Sequence record: PV261924.1
Length of the DNA: 64,000 nt
Direction: 5' to 3' (one strand)
Position numbers and translations under genes: made by a program. Every line of letters begins with the position of its first letter. The first letter of the stretch is position 1. Positions 45,244-53,326 of this stretch are shown in pieces. Under the pieces are notes generated by a model. The model saw only the letters and a list, made by a program, of their open reading frames with translations. It was not told where the DNA came from and ran no database searches.

Positions 45244-46191
45244 TCAGATACCGATTGATGTATAGGTATTCAGTTCGAATGCTAATGATTTCCATTCAGA
45301 ACCAAGATACATCTGTACTTTGTTCTCGGTCGTATTAAAAATCAATGCACCTTGAGTTACAGTTAATGCATCTCTCTCGGACGTTGTTAGTGTTGGTGGA
45401 TAGAACTGTGAAGATGCAGTAATGATTCCTGAGACAGTGGTGTTTGATGACACATTTTCAGTACCACCTGCACCAGCAGAAATACCAGTTAAATTAGAAC
45501 CATCACCATAATATGTGTCTGCATATACATTTGCAAACCTAGTACTATTTGTTCCTATATCTACAGTACTATCAGAATTTGCTAAGATATTTCCAGTAAA
45601 TGTTGAACTTCCATTTACTGTAAGACTTGTACCATTTAAGAGTTGAAGACTATCACTTCTGAATCTTGCAGAAATATTTTGTGACCCACCTTTAATGTGA
45701 GCAAATTCAATGATACCATCTTCGGTTCCATTACTGGCATCTAAGATCTTACCAGTAATCTTAGCGTAATTTCTTTCTACACCAGTATCACTTTCACCAG
45801 CAAACTTAATCTGTCCCAGATAATCTCCATCATCTGGGGAAGCACTATTCCTATAAAGTTTGAATTCTGGTGCAGCGGAGCTTCCTGTGTCTGTAGAGAC
45901 AATAGTAACGTTGGATGTTATGTTACCATTAAAATTTACGTTGTTATTAAACGTTGTGATGCCAGATATGTTTATTCTTCCATCATAACTGATACCAGTT
46001 GCACCATAATTTTCAACCCATGGGTTGACGACAGATACTGTGGTTCCAATACCAATACCACCAGTATCGACTTTTAAAAATAATTTACCATCATAAGTAT
46101 TAAGTGCTAATTCACCCGTCTCCAGATTCGAGAGTGCAGGAATCTTTCCCGCTACAGATGAGCGCTTAAACTTTACCTTTGGAGCCGCCAT
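45244..46191 (-). CDS. Fibre-like protein with an Mtd-N-like N-terminus
   Basis: KVKFKRSSVAGKIP....L.TGELALNTYDGKLF; YYGDGSNLTGI; LIFNTTENKVQ.Y.G..W. Confidence 0.75.
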   Translation of the reverse strand: MAAPKVKFKRSSVAGKIPALSNLETGELALNTYDGKLFLKVDTGGIGIGTTVSVVNPWVENYGATGISYDGRINISGITTFNNNVNFNGNITSNVTIVSTDTGSSAAPEFKLYRNSASPDDGDYLGQIKFAGESDTGVERNYAKITGKILDASNGTEDGIIEFAHIKGGSQNISARFRSDSLQLLNGTSLTVNGSSTFTGNILANSDSTVDIGTNSTRFANVYADTYYGDGSNLTGISAGAGGTENVSSNTTVSGIITASSQFYPPTLTTSERDALTVTQGALIFNTTENKVQMYLGSEWKSLAFELNTYTSIGI

Positions 46192-46240
46192 TATAACACC
46201 TGGTATATACCGTAAAACACTTATATAAGTGTATTAATAT

Positions 46241-46477
46241 TTATTCGAACGTTCCACCGTCACCCGCGGTCTTCTTTGTTCTAGTTGTCTTGGGTTTTTG
46301 GTCCACAGACTTTAAAGATTCTATCTGTGCTTCTTGTTCCCTCACCTTTGTTGTCAACGCTTCAACCAAATCAGTCAACTGTCTAATTTTTGCATTAGTT
46401 GCAATTGATTGAGTGAACAAATCATTAGAAGTAGTTTGATATGATGAGATCAAATACTTTATATCATTTTCATTCAT
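46241..46477 (-). CDS. Small coiled-coil protein ending GDGGTFE
   Basis: ORF track. Confidence 0.75.
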   Translation of the reverse strand: MNENDIKYLISSYQTTSNDLFTQSIATNAKIRQLTDLVEALTTKVREQEAQIESLKSVDQKPKTTRTKKTAGDGGTFE

Positions 46478-46479
46478 AG

Positions 46480-46504
46480 AAAAAGAGGGTATTGCTACCC
46501 TCTT
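46480..46504 (-). terminator. Intrinsic terminator
   Basis: AAGAGGGTA-GCAA-TACCCTCTT-TTT. Confidence 0.8.
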
Positions 46505-46525
46505 ATTTATTTTGTTATCTTAGGT

Positions 46526-48295
46526 TCAGAATGTACCACCGTCGATGGTTGCGTTCTCAATCAGAACCTCACCACTCGAACACTTGATAACTTCCTGAAC
46601 TCCACTACATCCACCGATGTGGAGAGAACCTACTTCAAGTGCACCAGCTGCATTTGAAGTCAGAACACCTGAAGATTCAGATACATCGGAAGAAACAACG
46701 ATTCTTGAAGTCGAGTCATCCCAATATACAGCAGCCTTCTTAGCAGAAGACGTGAAGTAGTTGAAGATAACACCGATATCCTTATCGAGGTCAGAAGATG
46801 GTGCAGAACCATCAACCATACCCAGTTCCAAGAGTTGGTCTTCAATGGTTGTTTGTGATGTATTAACCTGAGTGGTTGAACCATTGACAATCAGGTTACC
46901 CTGAACTGTAAGGTTTTGGTTACAAGCAACAGCACCAGTTGAATTGGTGATTGTAATTGCGGTAGTACCATCATTGGCCTGAAGATTAGTAGCCTTTACA
47001 GTTGGAGTTGTAAGTGAAGTTGTGACTGTAACTGCATCGGGGAGTCCGACAGTAAGAGTCTGTCCAGAAGCAGAAGTCTCAATCTCATTTGCGGTACCAG
47101 AAATAGTCAGAGATTGGGAGTCGAGGTCAACAGCACCAGTTCCAGAATCACCAGCAAGGTCAAGATCTTGTGCAGTAATGTTTGTATCAACGTAGTCTTT
47201 TACTGCAGCAGATGTTGGGATGGTAGTATCATTGTCATTAGATGCGATACCCTCAGACTCAATAACAATTGCAGCTGCTGCAAAGTCAGCTACAGCCAAA
47301 TTGGTAATTGAGTTACCAGTACCATCAGCATCAAAAGTCTTATTGGTTAAGGTATCAGATGATGATGCCGTGATGAAAGCAGATGTTGCATTACTATAAT
47401 TTGCAAGATCATTATCAACTACAAAGTCATATTCTCCATTCGTATCATCATATGAAACAGTGATACGAGTTTGTGTACCAGCTGTAATTGCAGCACCAAC
47501 AATATCCTCAATTCTTTCTGCTTGAAGTGTTACTGCACCTGAAGTAACTGAGAAGTCAGTTGCATCGAAAGAAGCAACACCCTTATTTGAAGTTGATGCA
47601 TCTTCACCTGCAACCGTGATAGTAGCACCAGAGTGAGTAACATCAACTCCTTCACCACCAAGGATTGAGAATCCGTGGGATGTTGCAGTCGTGATACCAC
47701 TATCAGTCGTCACATACTTGACAACGTTGTCAGTTAATGAAACGGCACCGCTAGAGACACTGAAATCATTACTGTTGAAAGAAGCAACACCCTTGTTTGA
47801 AGTAGATGCATCTTCTGCAGAAATAGTTACTGTGTCATTAGTAATAGCAGTATCAATGCCTTCACCACCTGTGAAAGTCAGAGTACCACCAGTGCTAAAT
47901 GTGTCAGATCCACTATCACCAGTGATTGTGAAATCGGATGCAGCTGGAGCAGCAAATGACAGTCCACCATTACCATCACTGGTAAGTAAGTCTCCGTTAT
48001 TGCCATCATCTGCTGGCATTGTCAGAGTATAACTTGCTGCCAGAGAATCTGGTGATTTAATGGTTACTGAGTTAGTACCATTGTTTGTGCCTTCGACAAG
48101 CTTTACACCACTACCAGTGGATGCAGTACCTACTGACCAATATCTACCAGAACCAACGAATTGGTTCAATGCAGTAGTAGAATTTACACCAACATACAAA
48201 TCATATGAATCGGTTGTAAAACCAGGCTCACCCGCACGAAGGGCAGGGAGGTTGGCTAATACACCTCTCTTAAACTGAATTACTGGTGCTGCCAC
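46526..48295 (-). CDS. Fibre-like protein with an Mtd-N-like head, internal repeats and an IDGGTF tail
   Basis: IQFKRG...GEPGFTTD...LYVG; EDASTSNKGVASF twice. Confidence 0.8.
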   Translation of the reverse strand: MAAPVIQFKRGVLANLPALRAGEPGFTTDSYDLYVGVNSTTALNQFVGSGRYWSVGTASTGSGVKLVEGTNNGTNSVTIKSPDSLAASYTLTMPADDGNNGDLLTSDGNGGLSFAAPAASDFTITGDSGSDTFSTGGTLTFTGGEGIDTAITNDTVTISAEDASTSNKGVASFNSNDFSVSSGAVSLTDNVVKYVTTDSGITTATSHGFSILGGEGVDVTHSGATITVAGEDASTSNKGVASFDATDFSVTSGAVTLQAERIEDIVGAAITAGTQTRITVSYDDTNGEYDFVVDNDLANYSNATSAFITASSSDTLTNKTFDADGTGNSITNLAVADFAAAAIVIESEGIASNDNDTTIPTSAAVKDYVDTNITAQDLDLAGDSGTGAVDLDSQSLTISGTANEIETSASGQTLTVGLPDAVTVTTSLTTPTVKATNLQANDGTTAITITNSTGAVACNQNLTVQGNLIVNGSTTQVNTSQTTIEDQLLELGMVDGSAPSSDLDKDIGVIFNYFTSSAKKAAVYWDDSTSRIVVSSDVSESSGVLTSNAAGALEVGSLHIGGCSGVQEVIKCSSGEVLIENATIDGGTF

Positions 48296-48348
48296 GAGCT
48301 ACCCTCCTTCTTCGTATAAAGATACACTTTTTATATTATTATTTAGAT

Positions 48349-48588
48349 TTAGAAAGACCCACCGTCATATGATCTTGTGGTGATTTTATCCACCTCAAGG
48401 AGGGATTCAACTTGATCTATAAAAGAATCTTCTAAATCATTATCTTCAGCTGCTGATATTAAAATAGGTGAATTATTGATAATATCCCTCAATCTAAATC
48501 TTCCTGCTGCTGCATCGTATTGAAGTACTGCAGGAATAGTCTTATCCTCTGGATTTAAATCATCAGTATCGATTACTCTTAATGGCAT
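48349..48588 (-). CDS. Small acidic protein ending YDGGSF
   Basis: ORF track; paralogous to 48588..48911. Confidence 0.75.
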   Translation of the reverse strand: MPLRVIDTDDLNPEDKTIPAVLQYDAAAGRFRLRDIINNSPILISAAEDNDLEDSFIDQVESLLEVDKITTRSYDGGSF

Positions 48589-48911
48589 CAGAAGCCACCT
48601 CCATCAATATCTCCACCCTCAATATTTCCAAGGTTTATTTCATCTTCAAGTTCTCTTATAAATGAATCCGCAATGTCACCATCTTCGGCTGCTCTTTCAA
48701 GTAAGACATCTGCTGTAGTCAATTCAAACTTCTTAGTTATATTATTAAAGGTAACAAATAGACCATCTTTTGTATCATCAAGAACACCAAAACTGGTATC
48801 ACCCATATCACCAAGAGTGGTGGGTTGTCTTACGTTTTTAACTAAAGTTTTGGTTGTTTGTTTTTTAGAGATACTTTTGGCACCAGAGGCACCTTTTCTT
48901 ACAGTTGCCAT
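48588..48911 (-). CDS. Small protein ending IDGGGF
   Basis: ORF track; AAEDGDIADSFI motif. Confidence 0.75.
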   Translation of the reverse strand: MATVRKGASGAKSISKKQTTKTLVKNVRQPTTLGDMGDTSFGVLDDTKDGLFVTFNNITKKFELTTADVLLERAAEDGDIADSFIRELEDEINLGNIEGGDIDGGGF

Positions 48912-49246
48912 TAGGTTGAAATACCAGCGGTTACCATAGCAGACCCCTCTACCATTCTTGAAACCGAACCACTACCAGATGTCAATACTACATCATAATA
49001 ATATCTACCTGGTTTCAGATTTACGGTTTTGCCTGCTGTCATTGCAATTGAAACTTCACCAGTCAGTCCAACAATAGAGACAGAAAATGATTCGGATGAT
49101 GGTGAACCTGGATACTTTTTAATTTTAGATACACCAGAGAATCCACTCAAATTAGAAGCACTTCCATCAGATTCAGTAGAAGTAAAACTTTCACTGAAGT
49201 CTGTGCCTTGAGCAATGACTATGTTGACAACAGGAGTAGCGGCCAT
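48911..49246 (-). CDS. Ig-like / BppU-N-like small virion protein
   Basis: NIVIAQGTDF...GEVSIAMTA..T..LKPGRYYYDV...RMVEG. Confidence 0.7.
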   Translation of the reverse strand: MAATPVVNIVIAQGTDFSESFTSTESDGSASNLSGFSGVSKIKKYPGSPSSESFSVSIVGLTGEVSIAMTAGKTVNLKPGRYYYDVVLTSGSGSVSRMVEGSAMVTAGIST

Positions 49247-49257
49247 CTCTTATTTTT

Positions 49258-49686
49258 TTAACTATTTAGATCTTTGTTGACGTTTTTCAACATTTTTTGC
49301 AAATCTGCTGTACTGCCAACAAAAAGTGCATTATTAGTTACAGAAGTAGGTCCCTTCTTATCTTCCTCATTTACATCTTTAAGTTTTTTCTGTAAATCCA
49401 TCAATTTATCAGTTGCGTCAGAGACATTCTTAATCAACTGACCTGCAACTTCATATGCACGAGGCATTTCACTCTCTTGAGCAAGTTCTAAGATACCATT
49501 GATTGCTTCTTGTCCTTTTTCAATGATCGAATATAAATTACCCCTAGTATACTCGTAGTCTTTACGGATATCTTCGTTGGAGTTTTCAAATTTTGTGATT
49601 TGTCTTTCGACATCATCCTTCTTTTCTGTCTTAACTTCAATCGGTTCGACATCAAATGTTTCGTTGAGCTTTTCATACTTATCCAT
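49258..49686 (-). CDS. 16: Terminase small subunit gp16
   Basis: DYEYTRGNLYSIIEKG...PRAYEVAGQLIK...NNALFVGSTADL; follows gp15. Confidence 0.9.
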   Translation of the reverse strand: MDKYEKLNETFDVEPIEVKTEKKDDVERQITKFENSNEDIRKDYEYTRGNLYSIIEKGQEAINGILELAQESEMPRAYEVAGQLIKNVSDATDKLMDLQKKLKDVNEEDKKGPTSVTNNALFVGSTADLQKMLKNVNKDLNS

Positions 49687-49695
49687 GGGTTAACC

Positions 49696-50694
49696 TCAGA
49701 AGACATTACCATCAAACCCGAAATCGTCTCCAAGTTCTATCTGTACATTGTCATTGTTATTAATAGTGTACACCTTGGAACCAAGAACGTGGTTCTGAAG
49801 AGGAGACTTATCTTCAGCTCTCCTTACCACCAACTTATTGTCTGCTACGGTCTCAACATACATCTCTTCTTGGTCAATATAGATGTAAGAACCTTCTGGA
49901 ATTGCTGAACCATTTTCAACATCAATCACAGTTTCATTCATATCAACATTTTCAGCAAGTAATGTTGCTACTACACCATCATAATCTTTGATAGCTCTTG
50001 GTGTGACCTGATAAGTAACATCTCTCTCATACTTATTGGACTTGGATCCAGCAATGTATCCAACAGTAACCTTCTTAATGATATCGTTAGAGACATCCTT
50101 CAGAGGACCGAAGACATAGGTCTTTGCAGTAAATGTGAAAGTATAGAGTAGAGCTCTTCTTGTATCAAAGTTACCTTCATACTCATCAGTCATGTCAATG
50201 TTGTCAAGTACAACGGGGACATTCATAACTTCTTTGAAGTTACCTAAAAACTTGATAGGGAGAGTATAACCAGGTTGGAAATATGGAACAATCTGTTCAA
50301 CAATTTGAAGCATATCATCATTCAGTTTTGTATAAACTGAAAGAGTGATTGTCATATTATATGGTACTGGGAGATATGACTTCCTTTCTTCTGTACCATC
50401 AGCTGATGTTACAACAAACTGCTGTGTTTGAGTAGACTTTCTTGACGGATCGTATGCGAGATTCGTAAATTCAAATGACATCCTGGGAAGTGTCATTTGA
50501 ACTGGATGATTCAAATCAGGATTCTGTTTCAGTCTTGCCAAAAACTTCTGAGTTGGTCCATAAGCAAGAGGAACTTTGATAATACTCTGAGTATCATCAT
50601 TCTCATCCTTATGTTTGATTTGAATACCATTAAAAAGGGAACCAAATCCAATAATTACGGATCTAAAGATCTCGTTGTAAAAATACTCAAACAT
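49696..50694 (-). CDS. 15: Tail sheath stabiliser gp15
   Basis: FGSLFN, VPLAYGP, LPRMSFE, QIVPYFQP. Confidence 0.93.
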   Translation of the reverse strand: MFEYFYNEIFRSVIIGFGSLFNGIQIKHKDENDDTQSIIKVPLAYGPTQKFLARLKQNPDLNHPVQMTLPRMSFEFTNLAYDPSRKSTQTQQFVVTSADGTEERKSYLPVPYNMTITLSVYTKLNDDMLQIVEQIVPYFQPGYTLPIKFLGNFKEVMNVPVVLDNIDMTDEYEGNFDTRRALLYTFTFTAKTYVFGPLKDVSNDIIKKVTVGYIAGSKSNKYERDVTYQVTPRAIKDYDGVVATLLAENVDMNETVIDVENGSAIPEGSYIYIDQEEMYVETVADNKLVVRRAEDKSPLQNHVLGSKVYTINNNDNVQIELGDDFGFDGNVF

Positions 50695-50718
50695 TATTTT
50701 GAAGCACTATACCTTTAT

Positions 50719-52188
50719 TTAGGGCATACCGAATGGATTACTTGATGAGAAGTCTATAATTACATCTGCTTCGGACTCAATTGTATCATTATCAGCATAA
50801 GGTGTGACTAAATCATCGGTATTATAACCACCAATCACGTACTTTGCACCCGACTCTTGACCTGTTAATACTTCACCAATCTGGAAGTATCCATCAACAA
50901 TACTGACTTCCATAATATCATTGACACCATCCCATTCCTTGACTCTTGCTGTTGTACTTGAGATAGAACCAGTTACAACTTCGTTAAAGATAAATGTTCC
51001 ACCAATAGACACTACATTAGATACTGCAGGACCAGATAATGTGACGATTGGGGTAGAATCATAACCCTCACCACCATCAATTACATATACTGCAGTTACG
51101 ATACCAGATGCACTGATCGTCGATACACCAACTGCCTGTCTAGACGGACGTGGGAATGCAGAATCAAATGTATAAGAGGTAGAATCGAATGTGTAGAATG
51201 AGGAATCCCAAAGAGGATAAGCACCTGAGGTATTACCAATAGTAACAGTTGGTGCTGCTGAATAACCAGACCCACCATCTGTAACTCTAATGGATTGAAT
51301 AGAACCTGCTGTAGAGATACCTGTTGTTGCTGCAAATCCAGTACCACCACCTCCATATACGGTAATCATAGGTGGTTCTGTATAACCACAACCAGCATTG
51401 GTTATCAGAATTGTTGGGATAACACCAGACTTACCCTTACAACCTGGATACTCATAGGATACTGACGCAATGCCTGTTGCAGTTACACCACCTGGAGGAG
51501 CTGAAGAGAAACCTACAACTGGTTGGGCAGTATATCCTCTACCCATATTAGAGATTGTAATCTCATTGACTGCACCAGATGCACACCAATCCGCTTCTGC
51601 AGTTGCAGTAGAACCGACACCAATCAGGTTGAGTGTTTGAATATAACCAATTTGTGCGATCTCATCATCAATGGTGTCAACACCTGTGTCGATAACTTCG
51701 TCTTCATATCTGAAGAGTTCACATCTCAATTCATAGACATATGTCTTCTTGAGTTGGTAGAAAGGTTGTTCATGTTCAACGAACTTGATCTCGAATAATC
51801 TATCCCCCAATGGGAAATAAATCAAATCACCTTCCTTTGGTCTGGAGGTCAATTCCATATTAGGAAGACCTTCAGTCAATGGTGCAATATAGTTCTCAAA
51901 TCTCTCTTTTGAGATAATTAATTGAAGATCATCTCTATTTTCAATACCAAATTTTGACAGGATAGACCCCTGTCCAGTATATCCTTCGTAGTTATCAATG
52001 TATGCTTCTAAAGGATATGCATTCTTGAATTCAGATTCAATGACCTCATGAATAATTGTATTTGTCGTGGCATATGTTCTTGGAAGATAATATACTTCCA
52101 CACCATACATCTGCAACTGTTCGTTGACAAGACTCTGGATTAGGTTTTGTTCGGATCTTGTACCGTTAAGAAAGAAGGGATTTAACAT
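50719..52188 (-). CDS. 14: Neck protein gp14 with a large insertion
   Basis: SKFG, RPKEGDLIYFP, FEIKFVEHEQPFYQL, CELFRY; C-terminal DFSSSNPFG. Confidence 0.9.
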   Translation of the reverse strand: MLNPFFLNGTRSEQNLIQSLVNEQLQMYGVEVYYLPRTYATTNTIIHEVIESEFKNAYPLEAYIDNYEGYTGQGSILSKFGIENRDDLQLIISKERFENYIAPLTEGLPNMELTSRPKEGDLIYFPLGDRLFEIKFVEHEQPFYQLKKTYVYELRCELFRYEDEVIDTGVDTIDDEIAQIGYIQTLNLIGVGSTATAEADWCASGAVNEITISNMGRGYTAQPVVGFSSAPPGGVTATGIASVSYEYPGCKGKSGVIPTILITNAGCGYTEPPMITVYGGGGTGFAATTGISTAGSIQSIRVTDGGSGYSAAPTVTIGNTSGAYPLWDSSFYTFDSTSYTFDSAFPRPSRQAVGVSTISASGIVTAVYVIDGGEGYDSTPIVTLSGPAVSNVVSIGGTFIFNEVVTGSISSTTARVKEWDGVNDIMEVSIVDGYFQIGEVLTGQESGAKYVIGGYNTDDLVTPYADNDTIESEADVIIDFSSSNPFGMP

Positions 52189-52194
52189 GTGTCA

Positions 52195-53067
52195 TCACCC
52201 GATCATATCAAGAGGTGGTAACTCATATGTACTCATCATTCTTTCCTGAATCCTATCTAATTCTGCTTGTGCATCATCATATAGTTGTCTACCATTGAAC
52301 TCAATACCACCAGGAAGTTTTACACCCTGGAATTTAATTAAGTTCTGACCCCACTGTCTCTTAATCAGTGCAGTCAGATATGGTTTAATGAATGAATCGT
52401 TGTAAATTCTTGCATAATCATTAGGATCATTCATTGCCCAACAATCAAGAATTAAAAACTCACCAGCATTAAGATCACTGTAATCAACATCGATATATAA
52501 TCGATCAGTTCTTTGATTGAATCGAATCTGTTTATGTGTGTTTAGAATAAAGTTAATTGTCTCAAGGTAACCCATTGTCATTGAGTATGACAACAGATCA
52601 AAACCACCAGCACCCCAACCATTCAATCCGATAAAATCATTCAACATATACTGGTATCTTACGTTGAACATACCAGCACCCATTCCTGCAGGATATTGGT
52701 AGATCTTATTAACACCAATAATTGATGGAGGAATCTGAATGTAATTACTGTTCTGATAATAAGTGAACGTGGTTGCAGTACCAGCAACACTCGCAGATGC
52801 TGTTATTGATGTGATACCAGTGGTTCCATTTTCATTCTGAGGTGCACCAGGTGGTCTTGCTCTACCTCTCTTGATATCCTCCTCGGTAAGTTCGTACTTC
52901 AAATAAACCTTAGTGACACCATCAAAGTGTCTCTCCTGGAAATACTGAATGGCATCATCTACAAGATCTTCAATTTGTTCATCTGCAACGTTGATCTCCA
53001 ATACTGGAGCACCCAATTGTCTTAAACAATAATCAATCAGTTCTTGTCTAGTACTAGGCTGTGCCAT
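52195..53067 (-). CDS. 13: Neck protein gp13
   Basis: YCLRQLGAPVLEINV, KRQWGQNL.KF.GV.LPGG. Confidence 0.93.
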   Translation of the reverse strand: MAQPSTRQELIDYCLRQLGAPVLEINVADEQIEDLVDDAIQYFQERHFDGVTKVYLKYELTEEDIKRGRARPPGAPQNENGTTGITSITASASVAGTATTFTYYQNSNYIQIPPSIIGVNKIYQYPAGMGAGMFNVRYQYMLNDFIGLNGWGAGGFDLLSYSMTMGYLETINFILNTHKQIRFNQRTDRLYIDVDYSDLNAGEFLILDCWAMNDPNDYARIYNDSFIKPYLTALIKRQWGQNLIKFQGVKLPGGIEFNGRQLYDDAQAELDRIQERMMSTYELPPLDMIG

Positions 53068-53091
53068 CTATAATGAGACCTACTTATATGT

Positions 53092-53325
53092 CTATTTATT
53101 TAATAAATCGGTGATAGTATTAAGCATATTCTTAATATCTGTCACGTCAGTTTTTAAATTACTTACCTCAGACTGAAGAGAGTCAAATTTCTTTTTATCC
53201 TCTCTCAGTTTTTCTCGATTTCTCACATAGGTTTCATAATCAATGTTGTTTGTGTTAACAATGGCCCCAGAATGGATGTCTCTATAATATCCATCCATTC
53301 CATCAACGGGAATCATATTGTCCAT
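53092..53325 (-). CDS. Hypothetical coiled-coil protein, 77 aa
   Basis: ORF track. Confidence 0.75.
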   Translation of the reverse strand: MDNMIPVDGMDGYYRDIHSGAIVNTNNIDYETYVRNREKLREDKKKFDSLQSEVSNLKTDVTDIKNMLNTITDLLNK

Positions 53326-53326
53326 A

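Noticed and set aside
45244-48295. Diversity-generating retroelement, suggested by the Mtd-N-like domains
   Set aside because: No reverse transcriptase and no template/variable repeat pair differing at adenines is visible in the window.
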